Made by a program: the position numbers and the translations under genes. A stretch of DNA of 64,000 nt from Penicillus capitatus. Its lineage: Eukaryota; Plantae; Chlorophyta. Below, in pieces: positions 51,701 to 60,422 of this stretch (position 1 is its first letter; each line of letters begins with the position of its first letter). The notes beneath the pieces are model-generated. The model saw nothing but the letters and a program-made list of their open reading frames with translations. It had not been told where the DNA came from and ran no database searches. The stretch spans positions 372,001-436,000 of the forward strand of contig OZ287700.1 of NCBI GenBank assembly GCA_965649825.1, given 5' to 3'.

Positions 51701-53092
51701 AACAACTATGCCCTTGGGCTAGATGATGCGGGTAGAATCAACGAAGCGTTGCCGTTCTACAAGCGGGCACTGGAGATGTGTGAGCGCATCCACGGCGAGG
51801 CGGACCATCCGGACCTCGACCGTTGCATCAACAACTATGCCCTTGGGCTAGATGATGCGGGTAGAATCAACGAAGCGTTGCCGTTCTACAAGCGGGCACT
51901 GGAGATGTGTGAGCGCATCCACGGCGAGGCGGACCATCCGTCCCTCGTCAATAGTATCGGGAACTATGCTTCTGGGCTAGATACCGCGGGAAGAATTAAC
52001 GAAGCGTTGCCGCTCTACAAGCGGGCACTGGAGATGTGTGAGCGCATCCACGGCGACGCGGATCATCCATATCTCGAACGTTGCATCAACAACTACGCCT
52101 CTGGGCTACAAAACGCGGGAAGAATACACGAAGCGTTGCCGCTCTACAAGCGGGCTCTGGAGATGTGTGAGCGCATCCACGGCGAGGCGGACCATCCGTC
52201 CCTCGTCACTAGTATCGGGAACTATGCCCTTGGGCTACAAGCCGTAGGAAGAGTAAACGAAGCGTTGCCGCTCTACAAGCGGGCACTGGAGATGTGTGAG
52301 CGCATCCACGGCGACGCGGATCATCCATATCTCGAACGTTGCATCGGCAATTATGCCCTTGGGCTAAAGGCCGTGGGTAGAATACACGAAGCGTTGCCGC
52401 TATACAAGCGGGCTCTGGAGATGTGTGAGCGCATCCACGGCGAGGCGGACCATCCGGACCTCGTCATTCGCATCGGCAATTATGCCCTTGGGCTAAAGGC
52501 CGTGGGTAGAATACACGAAGCGTTGCCGCTCTACAAGCGGGCACTGGAGATGTGTGAGCGCATCCACGGCGAGGCGGACCATCCGTCCCTCGTCAATAGT
52601 ATCGGGAACTATGCTTCTGGGCTAGATGACGCGGGTAGAATCAACGAAGCGTTGCCGCTCTATGAGCGGGCACTGGAGATGTGTGAGCGCATCCACGGCG
52701 ACGCGGACCATCCGGACCTCGTCATTCGCATCGGCAACTATGCCCTTGGGCTAGATGACGCGGGTAGAATCAACGAAGCGTTGCCGCTCTACAATCGGGC
52801 TATGGAGATGTGTGAGCGCATCCACGGCGAGGCGGACCATCCGTCCCTCGTCACTAGTATTGGGAACTATGCTTCTGGGCTAGATGACGCGGGTAGAATT
52901 AACGAAGCGTTGCCGCTCTACAAGCGGGCACTGGAGATGTGTGAGCGCATCCACGGCGACGCGGACCATCTGGACCTTGAACGATGCATGAGAATCTATG
53001 CTAACTGTTTGGTAGGAATAGGAAGGGGCAATGAAGCTTCGCCTTACTTGCAAAAAGTGGACGAAATGCTTAAACGACTTAGTGACAATTAA
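45752..53092 (+). CDS. NLR-like STAND NTPase-TPR protein B (2446 aa, intronless)
   Basis: Paralogue of 11930..18757. Walker A reads CPGGIGKT, Walker B CLYVFDDA, followed by 30 TPR-like 43-aa units. Confidence 0.9.
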   Translation: MWDPVSVARTLPSLVPRRRRRGEAAPGVFFRGFDREETRRGKSRVPTGRTAKNLPSVHSSGSSFDRQEQPHSQIPQACTQVLSSSSCSSFQLLTQGDSEEVCEFEIEGTGLVQIFRKGENFAGRIVERVGPFSKTTTVPLFCKGFSDPEEAIRRLARLPWTAARRRIHILSNPTRGTERFIFLGDLGLWGGGNGEPSSSSDALGHQTPAEGSASRSVIQRALTSVERFLVQRILDEGSPYQNLEQVVKAFNEAEDAVLRLAPAVVIRRVLGAFGDMHVGEATDNGGAVVRECLALCGLDSADREHVPLLKDFFDSIRDKLCTDTPSSRYLTEAIELTLQTVEAELFEDDPGCLVRLAKFLLDELDPEKASFSRKTFPAQCSALHAVHECLRILGDVGSDDLDPNKLEGLHARVEECCRKVIDVAGYYPMKYEAMLVRHSMTSSQFSKRGAHNASNAKRVVGLFYGTAGIHQAVRKAVHLDFDLGDAESVASALQQVRLQAMVQAMHQARRGEVVWEDQWRTCLRALNAAHFAVMEDPSAFEVFSEILSSLVLEERASDSEHCKALRFGVVEMLTMLSIHAKDGDVRRASAETLASFVERKDEWDWCSDRDLFLELLDNLAELCARGFDHEKRAADDAMERLISNVHNPACEEALSEWRGEKKADEGVDSVSSGEDKTAGNELFLRVWKGLEDELSAPTTEVLPRPKKKHSLASPDIVRYFAGRKDELKAIVEAFAESSESVVAKAIICPGGIGKTQLAIKAFDYFRSKHSYDDEFWIPSGSRESITAAFLQIVEYLQIPTDDDTPELVRRVREKLGRSRCLYVFDDAPNLELIREYVPPAGAHVIVTTRECGASEWARNAVRLEPLDEIEARILAEKFECAKSLRSKDLDDLMDLLPRTPLALAQFFSVMRDEDVWNPGEWVQHMLRYKLTPREAETIAKLSATRSGEVATGMIFVFNSSVRKISKEPNDLGPRSLDLLAKLALLDPNGVPVDWVYKWLELEDESSKTRTENFMRLLERFSHVSWDKRTNQIHMHAETQLLVKQLLINIDESSSSHTQESEEQNKKTIRDHVDTIVHSIGRYIGEWRTDRSNRELWTSLARNGLPLQESCENCKEHRTELKLLEHMSEAYKEMCMFRESISYAHRALKMCERLHGDSDHPDLVIPINNYASGLDTAGRINEALPLYERALEMCERIHGEADHPSLVTSIGNYALGLQAVGRVNEALPLYNRALEMCERIHGDADHPSLECCINNYALGLDDAGRINEALPLYNRALEMCERIHGEADHPSLVTSIGNYASGLDTAGRINEALPLYKRAMEMCERIHGDADHPSLECCINNYASGLQNAGRIHEALPLYNRALEMCERIHGEADHPDLVIRIGNYALGLQAVGRVNEALPLYKRALEMCERIHGEADHPDLVIRIGNYALGLKAVGRIHEALPLYKRALEMCERIHGEADHPDLVIRIGNYALGLKAVGRIHEALPLYKRALEICERIHGDADHPSLECCINNYASGLDTAGRINEALPLYNRALEMCERIHGEADHPDLVIRIGNYALGLKAVGRIHEALPLYKRALEMCERIHGEADHPDLVIRIGNYALGLKAVGRIHEALPLYKRALEICERIHGDADHPSLECCINNYASGLDTAGRINEALPLYNRALEMCERIHGEADHPDLVIRIGNYALGLKAVGRIHEALPLYKRALEICERIHGEADHPDLDRCINNYALGLDDAGRINEALPFYKRALEMCERIHGDADHPSLECCINNYASGLQNAGRIHEALPLYKRALEMCERIHGEADHPDLVIRIGNYALGLQAVGRVNEALPLYKRALEMCERIHGEADHPDLVIRIGNYALGLKAVGRIHEALPLYKRALEMCERIHGEADHPDLVIRIGNYALGLKAVGRIHEALPLYKRALEMCERIHGEADHPSLVNSIGNYASGLDDAGRINEALPLYERALEMCERIHGEADHPDLDRCINNYALGLDDAGRINEALPFYKRALEMCERIHGEADHPDLDRCINNYALGLDDAGRINEALPFYKRALEMCERIHGEADHPSLVNSIGNYASGLDTAGRINEALPLYKRALEMCERIHGDADHPYLERCINNYASGLQNAGRIHEALPLYKRALEMCERIHGEADHPSLVTSIGNYALGLQAVGRVNEALPLYKRALEMCERIHGDADHPYLERCIGNYALGLKAVGRIHEALPLYKRALEMCERIHGEADHPDLVIRIGNYALGLKAVGRIHEALPLYKRALEMCERIHGEADHPSLVNSIGNYASGLDDAGRINEALPLYERALEMCERIHGDADHPDLVIRIGNYALGLDDAGRINEALPLYNRAMEMCERIHGEADHPSLVTSIGNYASGLDDAGRINEALPLYKRALEMCERIHGDADHLDLERCMRIYANCLVGIGRGNEASPYLQKVDEMLKRLSDN
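49214..53089 (+). repeat. Coding tandem array: 29 x 129-bp TPR units plus a capping unit
   Basis: Units begin G(D/E)(A/S)DH every 129 bp from 49214 to 52955. Confidence 0.95.
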
Positions 53093-55618
53093 GGTATTGC
53101 ATGTTGCTTTGTTTGTAGTCATTCGGTTTTTGTGACAAACGTTTTTTACGCTTCAATTTTTGAGCAAATGGTGTTTGTTTATTTAGACAAATGCAGCTCG
53201 TGTCGAAAAGTTTTCATGAATGTTAGAAAACTGTCCGCGGTTAAAGAGACCCCAATTTGGATTCTTCAATTACTTTGACATTGAACAAACGCATCTGCAT
53301 GGCTTAGTTCTTTACAGCTTGTTGCTTGCGTAATCGCGTCGTCCCTTGTAAGTGATGGAGCTTTTTGGCCGAATGAAGATGTTCTCCACTTTACATTGTC
53401 AAAACAAGGCGCCATTCTGGCACACCGCGGATGGGACAGCATTGTCATGGATAGCATCTTTTCTCACTTTGTGGTTGTCGCGTCTGTGGTCGTGCGATAC
53501 AACCGTCACGGCTGTCTCACGCTAAGTTGGGGTGGGTCGCGATGACTAGGAGTGAGATTCTATGTAGTTCGCATTGAAGTTCCGTGGGAGGTGCTAGAAT
53601 CTTATTGGGAACTCACTCTTGAACTTCATGTGTTTTTCCTTTCGTCACATCAAGGTTTGAGTATTTAAGCGGGCTTGGACACATGAGATCATCTTTCGCT
53701 TGACATCTAAGTTTACACTTGTGTCTGTGGATTGCATACAATCCGCCTCTGTTTGTCAAAACATCTGCTGTCTATCGTTACTTGTAACAAGTCGTCATTT
53801 CGCTGCTACCTTTGGCATGGCCTCAGATATTCCTGCCCACCCTCATCTTACCGCAAGACTTCCGCCGCGCTTATGAGATGAGCCAACCCGGAGACGATTC
53901 AGGCGTTCACCCTCTTCATCAACCCTTCCGCCGCCGCGCAAGCGACGGGGAGATACATGTCCATGCTGACGACATCAGAAAGGACGTGGAGAGGGAGACA
54001 GCCGAAGGGAGTTCTTCACATACATGACGCAAAGTCTACATTCACGCGTCGATTAGATGGTCTGCATTCTCTGATGAACATCGCACCACGATTCTTCGGC
54101 GCCTATCACATGCTCGGTACCTGTGTCTGCGGCTCGAGCGTTCGATGCTCAGTTGTTTGCCTCTCTGTTGGCCTCAAGATGATTTCAATGAAGGGTATTA
54201 CAGATATGTGGACCGGATTATGACAATTATTATTTAAGGTTCGGCATCCGCGCACGTTCGACCGATTCTCCGCCGCTGACCTGAGTGTTCGAGTGTGACA
54301 CTCTCTTTTCTTGTAACCAAGGGATTTCTCCTTGGATTCGTTGCTCTTCAAGGAATACATACGAGAAGGTCGCGGTCTTTGTCCATTTGCCAGTTTCGTT
54401 TCGTTGGCGAAAACGTCGCAAGGAGAGTGTCTCTTCTTTTGCACAAGACGCTACCAGCGTCGCTATCCAAGTGCGCTGTGCACAGAGCTTAGGGCCGGCG
54501 GCACTGATCGTCATTGACACCTCAGTCAGATTTGGGTTATGCGGGCGAATGGGTATTCGGTCAGGCATGACGTAACATCTGCCGCCCTACAAACGGGCGC
54601 ATGACATGTTTAATCATTCCGTTTTGTGGTCCTGCGTGGACGCGCTGCGCGCCCGCCTCCGCTCTCGGCCGCGCTCGCACCATCCATCTTCCGCTGTCAC
54701 CGCGTTGGGAATCGATATAACGATATGTTTCCACACGAGTTGACTCCTGCGTGCAACAATACGACAGAAACGCAATCAGATTCTCTTGGATACGAACACG
54801 AATGTTACAAGGGAGAATGTCGGCCGAAAAAATCCGGGGTGGTTATGGACTTCCTAACCATTGCTGCTAACAGCTAACGTACATCTGATAACCACATCCT
54901 AACGTTATGATGGGGAAGTCAGCTCGGGAGCCGGTATCCGTCGCGACCAACGATCAGCGCTCCTGGATGGTTATGCTACGACCCTACCGCTTCCGGTGGT
55001 TACAAGATGGCAGTGAGGAGCTACATCTCCTGCACCGCGCCTCGGCGTGCCGGGCGCCGACAGTGTCGCCGTCCGAAGGTTCTTCTCGTTCCTCGTGGAT
55101 GGATGCTTCTGAGGGTCCCTGTATCACCACGTCTTCCGGACCAAGTACTGCGAGATCGACACTTGTTCCTCAGAGCTACGCTGCGTGTCGTACAGGCCGA
55201 CGTTGTGCACCACCTGTTCTGCTCCTCGCCGGATGAGATCAGATTGTTCGCCTTGGCGAAAATTGTCGAGGCGTTTCTGAAAGGTTGGGTACAAAGGCGG
55301 GTATGGAATATACGCGCGTGTAACGCTTCGTTCGTCGTTGTTATTTGCCAGAGTGCCCGAAGCTGATGGAAAACAAGGTTGTTATATTCAAAGCAAGAAG
55401 GCAAATCAATGGAAGTCCTCCGCCTTTTATCCCCCCTGTTATTGGACTTTTTCCGTTTGGTGAGTCAGCACGCTAGCAGAGCCAGAGAAATGGGTCCTCC
55501 GGCAGCCGACGCGCCCACGTGATGGGACTGCCTGTGCGCACCTTGGATGGCTGACCCCATCTGTCACAAGGCAGTCTCATCGCCATGGTAGATCTGGGCG
55601 ACAGACAGGTCACAATAG

Positions 55619-55760
55619 TGTGATCCCATCGCGATGAATTGTATTAAAAAACGAGGTTTGCAGCGTTTTTAAAAAGGGCGTTATTCACAGAATCTAGGAT
55701 CTTTTGTATGAACAGGTCATTTCATCGTATCAATCAAATCACTGGATCCTCGGCTTGACA
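55619..55760 (-). repeat. 3' LTR of element 2
   Basis: tgtgatccc...cttgaca, 141/142 identical to 60281-60422. Confidence 0.96.
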
Positions 55761-57944
55761 ATCGCTTCCCTGCGCTTTACTCCGGCAGAAAAAACGACGC
55801 AAGTGATCTCTATGGGCCAAAAAAGGCTTCCTTGATGAAGGCGAGACAAGATAATACAACTGAGGAGAAAATCGCCTCTGAACGATATAAGGTCCTTGCC
55901 ACTGAGGTGCTAGTTTATTGCCATGCGTGTGGGCAAGCTGATTGTCAAACAACAGCACCTGTTGTCCCACTGCAAAATCACCAGATCTGCGATGTAAAGA
56001 ATCTTGTTTGTTTTGCTGATGCTGCAATTGTGTATCGATAGCTGTCCAACGAGTCGCGAGAATATCTTCATGGCGCGTCGCATTAGGATCTTCAGAACTC
56101 GGAACCGAGACGGATGGTGATTGAACTGAATGTAGGCGTGGTTGGTAGCCAAAGGCCACCTGTACGGCACTGAGATGGGTTACGGAGTTCGGATGAGAGT
56201 TCAGCAATGCTTGGATCCGTGGGAGGCAGGCTGCCCATTTTCCACTTGTTTGAAGACGCTGCAAGCGTCGGATGATCTCCTGATTAAGGCGTTCAACCGT
56301 TCCATTGCATTGAGGTCGGTATGCAGGGATTGTTCGTCGATTGATGCCGCGATCTGACATCCAATTGGATAGTTGATTTCCAACAAAGGCCGGTGCGTTA
56401 TCTGTCTGCAGGCAATCAGGATTGCCAAAGAGTGATGTCCAGCGCTCGAGAAGCTTGATAATTGCCGCCGCGTTTGCCTTGGGCGACGCAGAAATCAGAC
56501 AGAAACGTGTGCAAAGGTCCACTGCTGCGATAATAAATCTCTGTGCTCCGTCTGGCTTCATTGGTCCAATGACATCCAAACCTACGCACTGGTTCATCTG
56601 CTGCCAGGTATTGAATGATTGCGTGACAGGAGGGTCATGTCGCGCAAAATGTTGACATCTTTCGCAACTTCGCACCCAATCTTGCACATGTGATGGTGCG
56701 TCCGGGAAGTAGATCATCTTCTGCAGGTTCTGGAGGGTGGTTTGGACTCCATAATGTCCGCTCTGCTCATGTGCTCTGCGCAACCACTGAATGATTTCAC
56801 TCCTATCGAGGCAGCACGGTCGCCAATGTATTCCATCGGCAGAGTATTCCATCTTGTTTTCCCGCAGACGAAAAGAACTGCTCCGATGCTTGATACGCGC
56901 TCTCTGTTGCGGTGTCGCTTCTTCGAGACATCTCCCAGTTCTCAGATAATCTTCCATTTGCAGATACCATTCCGGCCATTCTTTACTGATCTTGGCTGCC
57001 ACCACCTTCGATTCTTCTGCTTTCGAATCCTTTAGCTCTCTCCTCCACCACGGACTCCTGCTGAGTAAGTCGGCCACGATGTTGGCCACTCCGTCGACGT
57101 GCTGCACTCTGCCTGCAGCCAGATTTAGCGCGTCCAAATGCTTCTGCACCAAAAAGCTCTGGTCTTTGGTGCCGCTGGCCTGCTTGACAACAGTCGCGTC
57201 TGTAAAGATTGTCAGCCGCCTGCCCATGATTAGATGTCTCACTTCCTTCAATGCCCTTTCCATCCCGAGCAGCTCTGCCTTTCCACTTGAATGAAACTTT
57301 TCTCTCTGGAAGCCTCCAGCCCCGAGCCGCATCAATTGTTTCGTTTCTCTGCTGAAGAGAGCGTATCCGAATCCGTCTCTGCTCGCGTCGACGTAAAGAT
57401 CGACAGAGATGCCGGATGCATCAGGTCGGTTGTACCACAAGCGGCTCATTGTCTTGATGATAATACTCCAACGATCAGGATCTTCTTGCCAGTAGTTTCC
57501 GATCGTCACTGCGTCAGCGTTGCACAATTTCTGCAAAGCTGCCAGACTTCTGACGTCGCATCGACAGTAGCGCAGTAATGCTCGAATCACCCCCAGACAA
57601 GAACGAACTTCAGTCCGAGTCTGTGGAGGTCTTGCCGAGAGCAGCTTCTGCAACGTCCCCTCGGGTGGGAGAACTCCCTGTGGCGAGAATCTGTGTCCCA
57701 GAAATTCGATCTCCTCGACATCATACAAGCATTTCTTAGGGGATATCGTCCATCCGTACTTCCTGTAAGTCAGCAGCAGACCGTACACTGCCTTTCCCAG
57801 ATCTTGCCTGGTACGTGCCCCAATGCAGACATCATCAGCATAACTCTCGATGGCAACGTGAACGCCATTTCTCTTCATCTGGTCAAGGGCTTCTGAAATC
57901 GTCATCTGAACTGCAGTATCAAAAAAGCCATTGAATTGATCCAC
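55734..57944 (-). CDS. pol: Pol of element 2, C-terminal part: RT C-half, RNase H, integrase
   Basis: YADD, VDASRDG/AELLG/FTDA/NIVADLLSR, HEQSGH...CERC, GLDVIG, QTDNA, NGTVER, WQGPYIV. Ends inside the 3' LTR. Confidence 0.93.
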   Translation of the reverse strand: MDQFNGFFDTAVQMTISEALDQMKRNGVHVAIESYADDVCIGARTRQDLGKAVYGLLLTYRKYGWTISPKKCLYDVEEIEFLGHRFSPQGVLPPEGTLQKLLSARPPQTRTEVRSCLGVIRALLRYCRCDVRSLAALQKLCNADAVTIGNYWQEDPDRWSIIIKTMSRLWYNRPDASGISVDLYVDASRDGFGYALFSRETKQLMRLGAGGFQREKFHSSGKAELLGMERALKEVRHLIMGRRLTIFTDATVVKQASGTKDQSFLVQKHLDALNLAAGRVQHVDGVANIVADLLSRSPWWRRELKDSKAEESKVVAAKISKEWPEWYLQMEDYLRTGRCLEEATPQQRARIKHRSSSFRLRENKMEYSADGIHWRPCCLDRSEIIQWLRRAHEQSGHYGVQTTLQNLQKMIYFPDAPSHVQDWVRSCERCQHFARHDPPVTQSFNTWQQMNQCVGLDVIGPMKPDGAQRFIIAAVDLCTRFCLISASPKANAAAIIKLLERWTSLFGNPDCLQTDNAPAFVGNQLSNWMSDRGINRRTIPAYRPQCNGTVERLNQEIIRRLQRLQTSGKWAACLPRIQALLNSHPNSVTHLSAVQVAFGYQPRLHSVQSPSVSVPSSEDPNATRHEDILATRWTAIDTQLQHQQNKQDSLHRRSGDFAVGQQVLLFDNQLAHTHGNKLAPQWQGPYIVQRRFSPQLYYLVSPSSRKPFLAHRDHLRRFFCRSKAQGSDCQAEDPVI

Positions 57945-58480
57945 CCCATTGGCAATCTTGCAAACGAATAGGGTTGTTTGTCAAATACAGTCACGAAATA
58001 AGGCTGTAAATCAACAGCCAACGGGATTTGATAAAACCCGTGTCGAAAATCAAATTTTGCAAAGTACTTCATACCGGACAGATTCTGCACCGCGCCTTCT
58101 CGATTCATTGGCAAAGCAGGGCTTCTCGCAGTCAGCTTGTTCATGCCTCTAAAATCAAGGACCACTCGACGCTCGAGCGAATCCTTCTTCTCGACCGAAA
58201 ACCATGGGATAAGATGCTTCGGTTTCCCATTGAATCTCTTGACAATCCCGGCATTTATGAGCTGATCGATCTCTCTCCGGCAAGCCGCAGTCTCGGCAGC
58301 AAAAACGTAAGGGATCTTCGTGTAGACGGAGTGAAGCTTCCCTCTGACGTCCTTCAAACTGACCTCCCATCCCGAAAAACGTCCAACTCCACCACGGATG
58401 ACGTCCGGGAATCGTGCCAGTAGCTGTTCTAGGCTGCAGCAGTCAATTGGATCATTCTGCGACAGTAGTCCTGACTGCAA
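57902..58480 (-). CDS. Pol of element 2, RT N-half
   Basis: FSVEKKD...RRVVLDFRGMN, KFDFRHGFYQI, RLPMGWINS. Frameshift to the next ORF at a T6 run. Confidence 0.9.
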   Translation of the reverse strand: MQSGLLSQNDPIDCCSLEQLLARFPDVIRGGVGRFSGWEVSLKDVRGKLHSVYTKIPYVFAAETAACRREIDQLINAGIVKRFNGKPKHLIPWFSVEKKDSLERRVVLDFRGMNKLTARSPALPMNREGAVQNLSGMKYFAKFDFRHGFYQIPLAVDLQPYFVTVFDKQPYSFARLPMGWINSMAFLILQFR

Positions 58481-58482
58481 GT

Positions 58483-60291
58483 CTACTGTCGCCTCGGAAA
58501 AGATCGTCGATTGCCTCTTAGCTGATGCTTCTTCCCGTTGCAGTCGCTGACCACGTAGTCTACCCCAGTCGGGGCCGGTGCCTCGAAGATTGTTGTTTTT
58601 CCGGTTATGCGGACTGGTTCTTCACGATGATTCGTTAGTGTGAGCGTCGAGAAATCCGCGTACTGAACTCCGAGGTGTACAGAGAAGCTGGGTGCCACGA
58701 TCGGCGTTCTCTTGTGTACTAGCGATTTCGGAATGACGATCGGAGTCTTCATCATCTTGCTCTCTTTCGGGCCGAGCACGACTGATCTGTTGAGTGGCAC
58801 TTGCATCCTATCACCCTTCAGCCCTGGCAGGTGATCCACCTTTTCTGTGAAGCGAGCAAGTTCCTCAGGCAGTATGGCGTTAGCTGCGTCTTTATCCATC
58901 TTCGGTCCCGCGAACAAGCAGTCGATCTTTCTTCCTCTGATGCTCACCGAACGACTGTGAGGACGAGCCGAGATCTGATTGTCAGCCATCGTGTCGAGTC
59001 CTAACAGAAGATCATAGCCTGGGTTCGGTAGGACGAGACAGCTCATTTTGAATCTCTGGCAATGAGCCTTTTCCAATGACACTTCGATCTCACACTTTCC
59101 AGCAACCTTTGTTGCCTGTCCATGGGCAAGCATCAACCTTGTGCTGTCACTTACGATCCGTGCTCCAAGCTCTTTTGCCAGTGCCAAGGATATAATAGAA
59201 GACTCTGCCCCCGTGTCGACAAGCGCATCGACCTTTCTTGGGTAGCCCAAGTGACTCTGAGACACCAGGCCCAGTTTCAGTACTCTCCTCCGAGGCTTGG
59301 CTGCCATAGCCTTGGCAGTCTTTGCGTGCAGAGTGTTGGCTTCAGATGACAATCCTCCATCTTCACTCAAGGTCTCCCAGATCTCTTCGTTCTCAGCCAT
59401 CTCGCAGGGTGAGTTCTCTGCTACAAAAGCACGTCTGCCTCCGCTTCTTCTCTGGGCAAACTGAGGTCTTCTTTGAATCGTGTCGGCACTGCAAATCCTC
59501 TGAAGAAACCTGAGCATATTCATTGCCTCTCGTCTGGACGTCTTGCATATCTCTCGTGCACCGACCATCAGCCTACCTGCATTAGTGACGGCGCTGAAAT
59601 TGATCTTCCCGTCACTTCCAACAACTCGTCCATCGGTGGCCACGTTCGCTTGCTCTGTCGCCAGGTCGATATCCATAGCGTCTTCGACAGATTCGTCTTT
59701 CAGTAGCGCGCCAGACTCCCAAAAACTAACGTTTCTGAGCACTGCAGACATGTCGGCGACCGTCGATTGAGGTGAAAGATGAATGATCAGCTTCTTCAGA
59801 TTGGCGGGGAGCTTCTTGAAAAGCGTTTTTACTTGTGTTTCTCTGGACGCCCCATTGGTCCTGCAGGTGGTACAGTAGCGGTCGACGAAATTGATCCATG
59901 TCTCTCCTTTCGCTTTCGACATCGATGCGAGCTGCTCTTCCGACGATAGTGCCGACTGCGGGCATGATCCGAGAATGAGTTCCTTAACGATGCGCCATTT
60001 CTGTTCGGTCTCTATCCTGTTGACGGCGGCGCCGAAGAACTGATGCACCGAGGCAGCGTCTCCAGTAAAGGCCGCGTTGAAGGCAGCGGTTGAGACAAAA
60101 TGGGGTTCGATCTTGTCGGTTACTTGGCGCAGCAGCTCAAACGCAGGAGAACCGCACTGAAGGCTCTTAACCACCCTCCGTATGCGGGGTCGATAATCAT
60201 CTTCGATGAGCGCGGCAGCGCTGAGGATTGACGCGAATGCTTCCCTGTCTAGTTTCGAGGTGAGACGCTCCGAAACCAATTGTGATCCCAT
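58483..60291 (-). CDS. gag: Gag-protease(-dUTPase-like) of element 2
   Basis: Homologous to Gag 7249..8085, AMDID motif, ALVDTGAE protease. No CCHC knuckle. ATG lies inside the 5' LTR. Confidence 0.9.
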   Translation of the reverse strand: MGSQLVSERLTSKLDREAFASILSAAALIEDDYRPRIRRVVKSLQCGSPAFELLRQVTDKIEPHFVSTAAFNAAFTGDAASVHQFFGAAVNRIETEQKWRIVKELILGSCPQSALSSEEQLASMSKAKGETWINFVDRYCTTCRTNGASRETQVKTLFKKLPANLKKLIIHLSPQSTVADMSAVLRNVSFWESGALLKDESVEDAMDIDLATEQANVATDGRVVGSDGKINFSAVTNAGRLMVGAREICKTSRREAMNMLRFLQRICSADTIQRRPQFAQRRSGGRRAFVAENSPCEMAENEEIWETLSEDGGLSSEANTLHAKTAKAMAAKPRRRVLKLGLVSQSHLGYPRKVDALVDTGAESSIISLALAKELGARIVSDSTRLMLAHGQATKVAGKCEIEVSLEKAHCQRFKMSCLVLPNPGYDLLLGLDTMADNQISARPHSRSVSIRGRKIDCLFAGPKMDKDAANAILPEELARFTEKVDHLPGLKGDRMQVPLNRSVVLGPKESKMMKTPIVIPKSLVHKRTPIVAPSFSVHLGVQYADFSTLTLTNHREEPVRITGKTTIFEAPAPTGVDYVVSDCNGKKHQLRGNRRSFPRRQ

Positions 60292-60422
60292 CGCGATGAA
60301 TTGTATTAAAAAACGAGGTTTGCAGCGTTTTTAAAAAGGGCGTTATTCACAGAATCTAGGATCTCTTGTATGAACAGGTCATTTCATCGTATCAATCAAA
60401 TCACTGGATCCTCGGCTTGACA
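60281..60422 (-). repeat. 5' LTR of element 2
   Basis: Followed on the - strand by AT and the PBS TGGTTTCGGAGCG. Confidence 0.96.

Larger units (their letters stand above)
55619..60422 (-). mobile_element. Ty3/Gypsy LTR retrotransposon 2, full length (4804 bp)
   Basis: 142-bp LTRs 55619-55760 and 60281-60422 with one mismatch (55703 T / 60365 C), 4-bp TSD ATAG (55615-55618, 60423-60426), PBS 60266-60278. Confidence 0.97.

Noticed and set aside
53812-54230. Short ORFs possibly from another mobile element
   Set aside because: No recognisable motif, TIR or TSD; cannot be supported.
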